Shown here piece after piece: positions 50,961 through 61,085 of a DNA stretch of 64,000 bases. Made by a program: the position numbers and the translations under genes. This DNA comes from Planctomycetota bacterium. GTDB taxonomy: Bacteria; Planctomycetota; UBA8108; SXIK01. Position 1 is the stretch's first letter. The number at the start of each line of letters is the position of its first letter. The notes beneath the pieces are model-generated. The model ran no database searches, was not told where the DNA came from, and saw only the letters and a program-made list of their open reading frames with translations. The stretch lies in NCBI GenBank assembly GCA_965223845.1, contig CBDCXR010000004.1, positions 448,001 to 512,000 of the forward strand, given 5' to 3'.

Positions 50961-52313
50961 ATGTTTCGCCGTTCAGAATTATTCCGTCGGTTCGCGGCTA
51001 ACGCAAAGCTCGGCGCGTTCGCGTCGTGCGTTCTCGTTGCTTGCGCGGGTGCGCGGGAACGGCCCGTTCTGATCGAGTTCGACGTGGTCACCGCTTCCAG
51101 TTCAACGGACGCGGACCTCGACGACTCGGACGAAAACGAGGTCGAGGTGGCTGCGGAGAGAGCGCGAGTGCGACTTTACTTACGCGGGCCCTTCTGTCGA
51201 GTCGAAGCGAGCGTTCGGAGCTCGGCCAGCGCGTCCTCGGGCGGTGCGGCGCCCGCGGCGGTGGCGATCTACGACGATGAGACCAGGGTCGTGTGGGAAG
51301 CTCGTCGCGGGCGAGAATTCGAGCGGCGCGGCTACGACGTGCTCGACTACGACGCGGCCACGCGAAGGCGGCGCGGTCGGATCGATCTCTACTCGCTGGC
51401 GATCGAGCGGCGTGGCGAGTGGGAAGGCACCTGGTCGGATCTCAACGGCTCCGGGCAGTCGCGCGAGATCGATCGGGCTCGGTTCGGCGGACGTCCGGCG
51501 CGCGTGGTTCGCCTCGCGGTCGAGCCCGGAGTCTATTGGGACGTCACGCTCGCCGCCGGCGACGTGGCCCCGGTCGACCCGGCGTTCGCGACGCCGAAGA
51601 TCCTGAGCGGTGTGTTCGGCGTCGCGCCCGGGCGAGCGGGCCGACTCGCGACGGCGCTCCGAGAGCTCCCGGTCGCCGTCGACGGCTACGTCTTGGGGGA
51701 CGACGGCATCGAGTCGGCGTTCGCCGCGACCCTCTTCGATGTCCGACCCGCTGCGCCGGCATCCGACTCCCTCTGGCCGGACGACGCTACACTCGCGCGC
51801 CGCGAGGAACTCGATCGCCGTCTCTCCTCGACGGATGTGCTCCTCGATGCGGTGTCGCGTCCGGACGCTCTGTCCACGCCGGTGACACTCAGCGAGCTGT
51901 GCCTCCGCATCGCGGCGCGGATCGAAATCGACGACGTGACGCGGGTCGTCGATCTCGTCGCCGGCGCGGAGCACGAATCCGAACGCGTCGAGCTCGCCCG
52001 CGCGCTCCTCCGCCGATTCCCGCGCCGGGCTTGGGTGGCCCTGCGGCCGAGTCTCGACTCGCCTCGGATCGAGCTGGCCGCGGGACTAGTCGAGGCCCTC
52101 ATCGCCGAGCGCCATCCGGCCGCACGCGCAAGTCTTCTTCGCGTTCTCCGCCAGCGCGACCGCTGGGCGTCCGATGTGCCACCGGAGGAGATCGAGCGCT
52201 GGGCACTCGGCCATCTCCGCGTCCTGAGTGGCATTCCTCTTGCACGTCTTCTCGAGCAGCTCCCCAGCGGGGCAGACGCCGAGCTCGAGACGTGGCTCGC
52301 ATCCGAGGAGTGA
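50961..52313 (+). CDS. Hypothetical exported protein (possible lipoprotein) with C-terminal HEAT-like helices
   Basis: LVAC lipobox candidate; beta-rich N-terminal half, helical C-terminal half; start uncertain. Confidence 0.5.
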   Translation: MFRRSELFRRFAANAKLGAFASCVLVACAGARERPVLIEFDVVTASSSTDADLDDSDENEVEVAAERARVRLYLRGPFCRVEASVRSSASASSGGAAPAAVAIYDDETRVVWEARRGREFERRGYDVLDYDAATRRRRGRIDLYSLAIERRGEWEGTWSDLNGSGQSREIDRARFGGRPARVVRLAVEPGVYWDVTLAAGDVAPVDPAFATPKILSGVFGVAPGRAGRLATALRELPVAVDGYVLGDDGIESAFAATLFDVRPAAPASDSLWPDDATLARREELDRRLSSTDVLLDAVSRPDALSTPVTLSELCLRIAARIEIDDVTRVVDLVAGAEHESERVELARALLRRFPRRAWVALRPSLDSPRIELAAGLVEALIAERHPAARASLLRVLRQRDRWASDVPPEEIERWALGHLRVLSGIPLARLLEQLPSGADAELETWLASEE

Positions 52314-52477
52314 TTCCGGAGTCCTCCCGGACGCCCGTCCCGACGGCGCCGTCGTCGCTCGCTCGGGCGCGGTCCGCGATGTCGATCGCGAACCGCGTGC
52401 GTTGCGACAGAAGGACCACTCACTCCGGCGCGGCCCTCCGCGGCGGACTCGAACAACCGCAGCATCAGGTGAAAGAA

Positions 52478-53572
52478 ATGTCCAAGACCGCGAAGAAGGG
52501 CGCCTCCTCTTCCGCCACGGCGACCGCCGTTCGGCTCGGCATCGACCTCGGAACCAACAGCTCCGTCGTCGCTGCGGCGCACGACGGGAAGCCCGTCAAG
52601 ATCGAGGACGACGTCGTACGCTCAGTGGTAGGCTTCCCGAAGGCCGGAATCATCCCCGGGATCCTGCCGAACGACTCCGAGGTTCTCTTCGGCGACGAGG
52701 CGATCGACTACCGGCTCCACCTCGACCTCAAGTGGCCTCTCAACGAGGGTGTTGTCGACGATCTCGAAGTCGCGCGCACCTTCGCGGGGCACCTCCGCAG
52801 CATCGTCGACAAGACGGGAAAGAACACGCTCTGGGGTGTCGTCGGTGCGCCCGCGAACGCCACGGCCGAGCAACAGAAAGCGCTTCGCTCGACCATGGCG
52901 GGCGTCCTCGAGCGGCTCCTGGTCGTTCCCGAGCCGTTCCTCGCGGCGATGGGACTGCGCGACGACTCGGCGTTCACCGAAAAGGGCGGCGACCCGACGA
53001 AGCACTCGCTGATCGTCGACATCGGCGGCGGAACCACTGATCTTTGCTTGGTCCGCGGCTATTTCCCGACGGCGGACGACCAGATCAGCTACCCGCAGGC
53101 TGGCGGTCACATCGATCATCTCTTCTCCGACGCGCTCGGGCGCCGCTATCCGGATCTGAAGCTCACGCCGGTGACGATCACTCAGCTCAAGGAAGAGCAC
53201 TCGTTCGTCCCGGGATTCGAGCGCGAAGCGAAGGTGAAAGTCTACGTCGACGGCCGCCCGCAGCTCGTCGACTTCACGGCGATCATCGCCGAAGCGTGCG
53301 GCGCGATGGTGCCGATCATCGTCGACGGGATCAAAGAGCTTCTCACGCGCTGCGATTCCGATTCGATCGTGAACGTGATGGAGAACATCATCGTGACCGG
53401 CGGCGGCTCGCAGATCCACGGGATCACCGAGAAGATCCAGGAAGTACTCGTCGCTGACGGGTACGACTGCGCCCGAACGATTCGCCCCAGCGACTACAAG
53501 CGCCTCGTTGCTCAAGGCGCCCTGCGCATCGCCGAGAACGTACGCGACGAGCAGTGGCAGGTGCCGATGTAG
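52478..53572 (+). CDS. MamK-like actin-family ATPase
   Basis: GIDLGT, SVVGFPK, FGDEA...LDLKWPL.EGV, VGAPA, VPEPFL, IVDIGGGTTD, KEEHSFV, NIIVTGGGSQI. Confidence 0.82.
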   Translation: MSKTAKKGASSSATATAVRLGIDLGTNSSVVAAAHDGKPVKIEDDVVRSVVGFPKAGIIPGILPNDSEVLFGDEAIDYRLHLDLKWPLNEGVVDDLEVARTFAGHLRSIVDKTGKNTLWGVVGAPANATAEQQKALRSTMAGVLERLLVVPEPFLAAMGLRDDSAFTEKGGDPTKHSLIVDIGGGTTDLCLVRGYFPTADDQISYPQAGGHIDHLFSDALGRRYPDLKLTPVTITQLKEEHSFVPGFEREAKVKVYVDGRPQLVDFTAIIAEACGAMVPIIVDGIKELLTRCDSDSIVNVMENIIVTGGGSQIHGITEKIQEVLVADGYDCARTIRPSDYKRLVAQGALRIAENVRDEQWQVPM

Positions 53573-53612
53573 TCGGTTCCGGTAACGGAGTCGACGCTCC
53601 GTCCGCGATGCG

Positions 53613-53652
53613 AACGGGCCCCGAGCCGCCCAAGCGGCTCGGGGCCCGTTTT
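53613..53652. terminator. Probable bidirectional intrinsic terminator
   Basis: AACGGGCCCCGAGCCGC-CCAA-GCGGCTCGGGGCCCGTT(TT) between the convergent actin and rpmH genes. Confidence 0.85.
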
Positions 53653-53722
53653 CGTAGCGGTGGGTTTCCGCGGGTGGTCACCCGCGCGAGAGAAACCCCT
53701 CTACGACGAGAGCAAACTCGCC

Positions 53723-53872
53723 CTACCCGCCGCGGCGCTTCTTGTGGCCAGGGAGCTTCCGGCCGATGCGGCGGCGACGGTTGATCATCTTCCGGCCGCT
53801 CTTCGTTTTCATGCGGTAGCGGAAGCCGCGCTTGTCGCGCTTGACGTTGCTCTTGCGAATTCTGACGTGCAT
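53723..53872 (-). CDS. rpmH: 50S ribosomal protein L34
   Basis: Manual translation MHVRIRKSNVKRDKRGFRYRMKTKSGRKMINRRRRIGRKLPGHKKRRGG* carries the GFRxRMxTxxGRxxxxxRRxxGR signature; absent from the ORF track. Confidence 0.9.
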   Translation of the reverse strand: MHVRIRKSNVKRDKRGFRYRMKTKSGRKMINRRRRIGRKLPGHKKRRGG

Positions 53873-53999
53873 GGTTCTGAACTCCGCGGCCGCGCGGGAG
53901 GCGCGCTGGCTCGCCGTTGTTCTCCGAGGTGGCGAGCCTCAGGGGACCACGATCGGAGTGCCCTCTCGCGGGAAGCTGCCTCGCTCGGACGGACGGAGC

Positions 54000-54027
54000 A
54001 TTATAGGGAGGGCGTTCGCGGGGTCAA
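54000..54027 (-). promoter_or_regulatory. Near-consensus sigma-70 promoter for rpmH
   Basis: Minus strand TTGACC-16 nt-TATAAT; the -35 overlaps the kdsD stop codon. Confidence 0.7.
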
Positions 54028-55046
54028 AGGCGAAACTGCCCGCGGCCCAGGATGTCGTGAAGGTGGACGATTCCCTGCGGTCGCCCGTGGGGATCGACGA
54101 CCGCGAGGGCGGTGATTCCGTGGACTTCCATGAGGCGGAGGGCGTCTGCGGCGGACGCTTCGGGCTCGACGAGCTTGGGTCGCCGCCCCATGAACGAAGA
54201 GACGGGTTCTGCGAGCAGCGAGTCCGCGGCGCCCGGCTCCGCCGAATCTCGCGCCGCGAGAACTGCTCGACGGATGTCGCCGTCCGTGATGATCCCGCGC
54301 AGTCGACCGTCGCGGTCGACGACGAGGGAGAGCCCGAGGTTGTCGCGCCGGGTCATCTCGTCGAGGGTGTCGCCGACGGTCGCGCTCTCCTCCACTTTCG
54401 GCATCGACTCACCGGAGCGCATGAGATCGCGGACGAGGTGACGAAGCCTCTCGCCGAGCGAGCCGCCGGGATGGAATCGGAGGAAGTTCTCGCGGGTGAA
54501 TCCGCGCCGTTCGGAGAGGACCATCGCGAGCGCGTCACCGACCGCGAGCGTGACCGTCGTCGACGCCGTCGGTGCGAGTCCGAGGGGGCAGACTTCGCGC
54601 TCGACCCCGACGTCGAGCCAGAGGTCGGCGGAACGCGCGAGGGCCGACTCGCCGTTCCCGGTGAGCGCGATGATCCGCGCGCCGATCGTTCGGGCCGCCT
54701 CGGTCACCGCCAGGACCTCCGCCGTCTCGCCACTCGCCGAGATCGGCATCAGCACGTCGCCCTCACACAGCATCCCGAGGTCGCCGTGGAGCGCTTCCAC
54801 GGGACGAAGGTAGAAGGCGGGAGTGCCGGTCGACGCGAATGTCGCTGCGATTTTCTCGCCGATCGTGCCCGACTTGCCCACGCCGGTGAGGGCGACCCGT
54901 CCGCGGTGATCGAGGAGCGTTTCGACGACCGTCGAGAACGCCTCGCCGAGCTGCTCGCTCGTGCGCAGGATTGCCCGCGCCTCCTCCTCGAGGATGCGGC
55001 GGCCGCTCGCGACGGCGTCCGTTGGCGGTGCTTGGCGTTCGGTCAT
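54024..55046 (-). CDS. kdsD: Arabinose-5-phosphate isomerase (KpsF/GutQ, SIS + CBS)
   Basis: TGVGKSG, STGTPA, EALHGDLG, LAPTAST, FHPGGSLG, GIITDGDIRR, HLHD. Confidence 0.92.
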   Translation of the reverse strand: MTERQAPPTDAVASGRRILEEEARAILRTSEQLGEAFSTVVETLLDHRGRVALTGVGKSGTIGEKIAATFASTGTPAFYLRPVEALHGDLGMLCEGDVLMPISASGETAEVLAVTEAARTIGARIIALTGNGESALARSADLWLDVGVEREVCPLGLAPTASTTVTLAVGDALAMVLSERRGFTRENFLRFHPGGSLGERLRHLVRDLMRSGESMPKVEESATVGDTLDEMTRRDNLGLSLVVDRDGRLRGIITDGDIRRAVLAARDSAEPGAADSLLAEPVSSFMGRRPKLVEPEASAADALRLMEVHGITALAVVDPHGRPQGIVHLHDILGRGQFRL

Positions 55047-55357
55047 GATCGACTCGATGGGGTCCCAGTCCGCGGAGGTCGAGGGTCGGTGGGGGGACGG
55101 CTCTCGAGAGGCACGTCGGCGGATGGCGATCGAGCCTGTGTTATAGCGCGGCGGCGCCCCGAGTCCACCGTCCGCGGTGTCTTGGCCGCTCGATCTCCGC
55201 CGCGGCCGCTCCGGCCTTCCCCCGTCCGGGGATTGTTCGAGTCGCCGGCTCGCGCCAGCGACGGGCGCGCATGCTAAAATCGACCGCTCACCCGGAATCG
55301 TACCCTCGTCGACCGTCGCGAGCGCGTACCGCCGACTTCCTCGGAGGACCCGACGAC

Positions 55358-58300
55358 ATGACTGCAGCGACCGTTCCGCCCGCGCGCGGCGATTCGAGGG
55401 TGATTCGATACGCCCACGAATGGCTCCGGCCGGCCGCCGTGTGCGTTGCTGCGGTGTGCGGGGCGATTCTCGCGGGATGCGATTCTTCGTCTCGTTCCTC
55501 CGGCGTGCGCGCTGCCCTTCGGATCAACGAGGTGATGGCGCGGAACAGCTCCACGGTTCTCAGGGACGACTCGGGGCGGCCGATCGTCCAGGACTGGGTC
55601 GAGCTCTACAACGACGGCCCGGAACCGCTGACGCTCCAGGGCTACAGTCTCACGGACAACCCGAGGCGCCGCGGGCGCTTCCGCTTTCCGCCGGGCGCGG
55701 AGATCGCCCCGGGCGAGTTCGTCGTCGTCTTCGTCTTCAATCGCGACCGCTGCGAGGAGCGGTGCGACGACCGCCTCGCGACTTGCCTCACCCCTCGACC
55801 CGGCGAAGACGAGCCCTCGCAGGACGACATCGCCGAGTGCGAGCGCGCCTACGATACTTGTCTCGAGTCGTGCGAGCCGGTCGGGTTCATTGCCGATTTC
55901 GGGCTCGGTGGATCGGAACGCATGTATCTCTACGACGGCGACGCGCTCGTCGATCAGGTCGGCGTAACGGAGATCCCGCCCGACGTCTCCGTCGGCCGAT
56001 TCCCGGATGGATCCGGTGGCTTCGAAGTGATCTACGCGGGGCCGACTCCGGGAACGGGCAACCGTCCCGCCGGAGTGCCTCCGCCCGCGATCTCCGCTTC
56101 GCTCAGTCCCGAGGCGTTGATTCCGGACTGCGGCGAAGACGTGACTCTCAGCTTCAGCGTCAGCGTCGAGACGGCGGACGTCGAGGCGGTCGATGTCGTC
56201 GTCGAGCTCGCCGACGTCGCGCAGTGCGGCGACCTCGTTTCGGACGAGGATTTCGCGCTCGCCGTCGAGCCGGAGTTCGTCGAAGCGGTGACCGGAGAGC
56301 CGTTCGAAGTGCCCGATCTCAACAACGAGCTGCGTACGGTCGAGCCGACCGTGTTCACCTATTCGGCGACCCTCCCGGGATCGCCGTGCGGGACGACGCG
56401 GCGCGCGCGGATTCGGGCCCGCGCGGACGAGGTCGAGACCGTCGAGCGTCTCGGGTGCTTCACTTGGGCGGAAGACCAGAGCCTCGCGCCGGTTCGCATC
56501 AACGAGTACGTCCCGCGGAACACGGAGCTCGTATTCACGTACCAGCGCGCGCGGTTCATTCGTGCGGGTCAGATGGATCCCGATCCGCCCACCCCGGCGT
56601 CCGATTGGTTTGAGCTCGTCAACTACGGCGACGCCCCGATCGATATTTCGCGCTTCGGGATCGCGAGCCTCAACGATTGGGAAGAGTTCTTGAGCGGCCA
56701 GGTCGACGTCCTCGACACGTGGACGCTCGTCGACCCCGATCCTCTCTCCGAGGAGACGCCCGAGCAGGTCATCATCGACCCGGGTTGTTTTCTCGTCGTT
56801 CTCGCCGACAACGACGGCGGGAGCGACGCGGATCAGTTCCGCCAAACCTATCGCCTCTTCGATCCTGAGATGTTCCGCGGCGACCTCGGTTGTCAGCTCA
56901 CCGATTCGAGCGGCGACCCGTATTTTTTCTCCACCGACTTCGGCCTCGACGCGACGACGCAGAATCGCATCGACGGTTTTGTCTTCGTCGACGAAAACGG
57001 TCGCCGACTCGACGCGGTCGAGCTCGCGTTCGAGAGCATTCCGCCGGATCTGGTCGACGAAACCGGCGCCGTGCCGACCGTGCGCGCGAACGTCGCCCTC
57101 GGGCGACTGCCCCTTGCCGACGAAACCTTCAGTGAAGACCTCGTGCCGGGCGAGTTTCTCTGCGTACCGACCCCGGGCGCGGACAATACACTCCTCTGCG
57201 ACGTCCCGCCGCGCTTCGATCCCGATGTGCTCGTTCTTCCCCGGAACCCTCGGGCCGGCGAGCCCGTGGCCGTCTCCGGGAAGGTCAACTTCGACCTCGA
57301 TACGACGAGCGTCGACCAGCGCTTCGAGGTCCACTATCGCGTCGAGCGCGCCGGCGGCGGTGCGTCGGACGAGGTGCTCACTCTCGCCGACGACGCCCTC
57401 GTGCTCGAAGAATCCGCGGACCAGACGGACGCCGCCGCCGCGAGTCGACTCTACGACTTCGTCGCCACGTTCCCGGGATTCGAGAGCGGAGACTTCGTGA
57501 CGTTCTTCTGCTTCGCGCAGGACCTGTCCGACGGTGGCGACAACTCGGAGGTGTTCTTCACTGAAGACGACACCCCGCGCAGCTCGATGCGTTTCGTCGT
57601 CGGATTCGAGCCGCCGGCGGACCACCCGCGGATCACCGAAGTGCTGCCGCTCAATCAGACGATCGTCTTGCCGCCGTTCGTCGACGTGCCGATGCCACCG
57701 ACTCCCGACTACGCCGAGATTCACAACCCGAGCGGGGAAGCTTGGGATCTCAGCGGATACTACCTCGCGCAGGTCGACCCGACGAGCGAGCGGCGCAGCG
57801 TGCTCTCTCGTCCGCGCGAGTGGCGGTTTCCCGACGGGACGCTGCTCCCGGCCGGCGAGTCGCTCCCGCTCTACTTCGGTGGGGTCGGGGAGGAGTTCCT
57901 CGAGGTCGATTTCAACCTGGGGTGTCCCGAGTCGCTGTTCCTCATCGCTCCGGACGATGCCGCGCGCGGCGCGCACTCGGTGATCGACTCGGTCGCGTGG
58001 GGACTGAATCTATGCAACGATCTCCCCGATCGTTCCTGGGCGCGCCCCTGCGAGAGTTTCGATACGTTCGCAGTCGTCGACCCGTCTCCCGCCGAGCTCA
58101 ACTCCGCTGCCTGGCTGCCGCCGCTCTTTCACTCCGCGTATCATACGGACGTCCAGAACGTCGCGGCACTTTGCGTTTCTCCGACGTCGTTTGTGACGCT
58201 GAACGCGCACGTCTTCGTCGACGCGGCGCTCGCTGCCTCGCTCGAGTCTCAGCGCTCCGAAGACGTGATCGACTCGGCGGTGTTCGTCGTCGACTACCGG

Positions 58301-59221
58301 GACGGAAGTGATCCGCGCTTGATCCCCGCTTCGCGGCTCGATGTGACGTGCCCCGCCGCGGGCGACTGCGTCGAGGCCCCCGAGGGCTACCGGAGCGTCC
58401 GTCTGTCGACGCTCCTCGACGATCTCTCGCAGCGATCGATCGGCGCGTCCATCGAGTACGAGATCCTCGCGACGACCGCGTGCGGGCGGATGGTCGCGGG
58501 CGGTCCCTTCAGTGTCGGAACGAGCGCCGGCGACAAGCCGGCGGTCGTGATCAACGAGATCAACCTCGCCGCGCCGCTCCCGGGCGCGCCGGACGAGCCG
58601 CGGGCCTGGGTCGAGCTTCTCAACCTCGAGGGCGGCGAAGTCGACGCTTCCGGGATGTTCCTTACCGATGACCTCCAGGTATCGCAGAAGGTCGTCGTAC
58701 CGGACGGAACCACGCTCTCGGCGGGCGGATTCGCAGTCGTTCCGATCGACGGCGCGAGCGGAATGGATCTCACGGGTCGGGACGGTGAGCTCGTCCTCAT
58801 CGACTCCGTTGCGAGAGGAAGCTGCGGGGTGGACTCCTTCGCGTTCGATTATCGCGAGCGAGAGCCATCGACCTCGCTCGGCCTGCTTCCCGACGGAATG
58901 GGAGACCCGGTTGAGCTCGAGCGCCCGAGCCCCGGTGCGCCGAACGACAGCTCGGCCCCCGTATTCCTCCGCGGCGATGCGGACGAGGACGGGAGGCTCA
59001 CCGTGTCCGACATGATTCGGATCCTCTCCATTCTCTTCGATGACGATGCGGAACGACCGGCGTGCGACGACGCGCTCGACGCCGATGACGACGGTCGCAT
59101 CGCGGTGAACGACTCGCTCTTCATCGGCAACTTTCTCTTCCAGGACGGTGACCCGATCCCGCCGCCGTATCCCGAGCCCGGACCCGATCCGACGCCGGAC
59201 GACCTCGAGTGTCGTCCTTAG
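55358..59221 (+). CDS. Large lipoprotein with four lamin-tail-like domains and C-terminal dockerin-like domain
   Basis: Lipobox LAGC; INEVMARN/DWVELYN, INEYVPRN/DWFELVN, ITEVLPLN/DYAEIHN, INEIN/WVELLN, each closed by a TPG/SP..N motif; FLRGDADED...DADDDGRIAVND. Confidence 0.8.
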   Translation: MTAATVPPARGDSRVIRYAHEWLRPAAVCVAAVCGAILAGCDSSSRSSGVRAALRINEVMARNSSTVLRDDSGRPIVQDWVELYNDGPEPLTLQGYSLTDNPRRRGRFRFPPGAEIAPGEFVVVFVFNRDRCEERCDDRLATCLTPRPGEDEPSQDDIAECERAYDTCLESCEPVGFIADFGLGGSERMYLYDGDALVDQVGVTEIPPDVSVGRFPDGSGGFEVIYAGPTPGTGNRPAGVPPPAISASLSPEALIPDCGEDVTLSFSVSVETADVEAVDVVVELADVAQCGDLVSDEDFALAVEPEFVEAVTGEPFEVPDLNNELRTVEPTVFTYSATLPGSPCGTTRRARIRARADEVETVERLGCFTWAEDQSLAPVRINEYVPRNTELVFTYQRARFIRAGQMDPDPPTPASDWFELVNYGDAPIDISRFGIASLNDWEEFLSGQVDVLDTWTLVDPDPLSEETPEQVIIDPGCFLVVLADNDGGSDADQFRQTYRLFDPEMFRGDLGCQLTDSSGDPYFFSTDFGLDATTQNRIDGFVFVDENGRRLDAVELAFESIPPDLVDETGAVPTVRANVALGRLPLADETFSEDLVPGEFLCVPTPGADNTLLCDVPPRFDPDVLVLPRNPRAGEPVAVSGKVNFDLDTTSVDQRFEVHYRVERAGGGASDEVLTLADDALVLEESADQTDAAAASRLYDFVATFPGFESGDFVTFFCFAQDLSDGGDNSEVFFTEDDTPRSSMRFVVGFEPPADHPRITEVLPLNQTIVLPPFVDVPMPPTPDYAEIHNPSGEAWDLSGYYLAQVDPTSERRSVLSRPREWRFPDGTLLPAGESLPLYFGGVGEEFLEVDFNLGCPESLFLIAPDDAARGAHSVIDSVAWGLNLCNDLPDRSWARPCESFDTFAVVDPSPAELNSAAWLPPLFHSAYHTDVQNVAALCVSPTSFVTLNAHVFVDAALAASLESQRSEDVIDSAVFVVDYRDGSDPRLIPASRLDVTCPAAGDCVEAPEGYRSVRLSTLLDDLSQRSIGASIEYEILATTACGRMVAGGPFSVGTSAGDKPAVVINEINLAAPLPGAPDEPRAWVELLNLEGGEVDASGMFLTDDLQVSQKVVVPDGTTLSAGGFAVVPIDGASGMDLTGRDGELVLIDSVARGSCGVDSFAFDYREREPSTSLGLLPDGMGDPVELERPSPGAPNDSSAPVFLRGDADEDGRLTVSDMIRILSILFDDDAERPACDDALDADDDGRIAVNDSLFIGNFLFQDGDPIPPPYPEPGPDPTPDDLECRP

Positions 59222-59528
59222 CGCGATTTGGGGGATGTTTTGCGGTTGGTCGTTGCTCCGTCCGAAGACCTACGTCTATAACTTTCGCTACTGGAACCTC
59301 CGCCGCGGGCACGCCCCCAGCGGGACCCTCCGGTAATCTCCTCCCCCGCCAATCAAATCAGCGCCCCTGCCGATATCGACGGCACGGTACACCGTGGCCG
59401 ACGACGCTGTCGCCGATCGGTATTTCCTCCGAATCGACGATGCGATCGGTCCCTCGCGTGCAGTTACGGTGCCGCTCGCTGGGTGTCCCGCACCTAGCCT
59501 ATCTGGTGATCGAGGTCGACCGTTGAAC

Positions 59529-61085
59529 GTGAATCCACTCCACTCACTCCGTTCCGTGACCAAGCTCGTGATCGTCGCGCTCGTTCTCACGAGCGTGACC
59601 GCTCACGCACAGACCCGGTTTCCGTCTCCGACGCAGCGCATCCGCGATCTCGAGAAGCGACTCACCGAGCGGATCGACGAGCTCGAAAAAGAGGTCGAAC
59701 GCCTCGAGGACGAGAAGCTCGACGCGAAGGGGAAAAAGGGCGGCGACCTATTTTCGGACGGGATCGTCACGATCGGCGACGTCGAATTGAAGCTCGGCGG
59801 CAAGATCGAGCTCCTCTACATCGACACGGACAGCGGCAGCGATGCGGTCTTCGGACGCGCAGATGAGCCGGATCCGCACTTCGAGCTCCAGCGACTCCGG
59901 CTCGCGCCTCGGCTGCGATTCAACCGCCACATCGAAGCGGCGGGGCAGATCGACCTCAAGCCGATCGAGGGACGTCTCACGCTCAAGGAAATGACGGTGC
60001 GCCATCGGTACGAACCGAACTGGTGGCTGCGCTCCACCGTGAGGATCGGGCTCGACGACCGGTTCATTCGTCCGAATCGGAGAACGAAGACGTATCCGCT
60101 CGTCGGAAACGCGTTCTGGCGCGACGAGTCGCTCGGAATCCAGTGGGCGCTGCGGATCGGCGACCCCGATGGACCACCGAAGGAGAAGAAGAAGAAAAAG
60201 AAGAAGGACGACGAAGAAACCGTCGACGTGAGCCACGAAGGCGGCACCGAAGCCGAAGACCGACTCGCGCGCATCGACGCGCGTGCGGAGTACTTCGAGG
60301 ATTCGGAGCCGAGTGTGTTCGATTTCTCGCACAACCCGGGTGCGCTCACATTCTTCGTCTCGCTCAATCAGACTTCGGTTCTCAACGAGAACGAAGTCGG
60401 CTTCGACGGCGCGGCGTTCAACGAAATCGTTCAGGACGATCGCAACCTCGACGGCGATCTCGCGATCAGCGAAGTCGGGTTCGGTCTCCGCTACGGGCGC
60501 GACTTCGATTGGCTCGGGGACCTGTCGATCCTCGGCTTCTTCTACGTCGACAGCCTCAACAACGATTCGCGCGACTTCCTCCAGCAGGATCTCACCGTCC
60601 GCGACAACGGGGGCGTCGCGCTCGCCGGCTACGGCGACTCGCGTTCACGCGACAGCAACAAGTACGGAGTCGGTCTAAACTACTTCCTTCCCGCCGAGAC
60701 GCTCATCGGACGCTGGGTGGACACGCGCGGTCGCGACGGACTCCGCATCCAAGGTCAGTGGATCCGCGCGGAAGACGGCGATCTCAAGCGAAAGGGTTGG
60801 TACGTCATGGGATCGTACCGTTACTCCTTCCGCGAGCGGCTGATCGCGGGGCGCTACCTCCGAAGCGTCGAGCCGCTCGTGCGCTACGGCGAGCTCGATA
60901 CGAACCTCGGGCCGGTCCCATCGCTTCCCGGGACCTGGGATCGCGAGCGTCTCGTGTTCGGCCTCATCACCGAAGTGACCGACGAGGTCTTGTTCAAGAT
61001 CGAGTACGCGATCAACGAGGAGGACACGGGCGTTCGGAGCGTCGACAACGACGAGCTGATGGTCGAGCTCCTCCTCCTCTTTTGA
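59529..61085 (+). CDS. Outer-membrane beta-barrel (porin-like) protein
   Basis: Signal peptide (AHA-Q), short N-terminal coiled coil, alternating beta strands, GWYV..SY, EPLVRY, FKIEY, terminal Phe; start uncertain. Confidence 0.7.
   Translation: MNPLHSLRSVTKLVIVALVLTSVTAHAQTRFPSPTQRIRDLEKRLTERIDELEKEVERLEDEKLDAKGKKGGDLFSDGIVTIGDVELKLGGKIELLYIDTDSGSDAVFGRADEPDPHFELQRLRLAPRLRFNRHIEAAGQIDLKPIEGRLTLKEMTVRHRYEPNWWLRSTVRIGLDDRFIRPNRRTKTYPLVGNAFWRDESLGIQWALRIGDPDGPPKEKKKKKKKDDEETVDVSHEGGTEAEDRLARIDARAEYFEDSEPSVFDFSHNPGALTFFVSLNQTSVLNENEVGFDGAAFNEIVQDDRNLDGDLAISEVGFGLRYGRDFDWLGDLSILGFFYVDSLNNDSRDFLQQDLTVRDNGGVALAGYGDSRSRDSNKYGVGLNYFLPAETLIGRWVDTRGRDGLRIQGQWIRAEDGDLKRKGWYVMGSYRYSFRERLIAGRYLRSVEPLVRYGELDTNLGPVPSLPGTWDRERLVFGLITEVTDEVLFKIEYAINEEDTGVRSVDNDELMVELLLLF

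Noticed and set aside
51293-52477. 395-aa N-terminal extension of the actin ORF in the track
   Set aside because: Arg-rich off-frame read overlapping the upstream gene; homology starts near MSKTAKK at 52478.
50961-55046. Magnetosome gene island
   Set aside because: Only a MamK-like gene is present; its neighbours are rpmH, kdsD and hypothetical genes.
34541-59221. CotH kinase domain within the three LTD proteins
   Set aside because: No CotH catalytic motifs seen, and the inter-LTD segments are too short to hold the domain.
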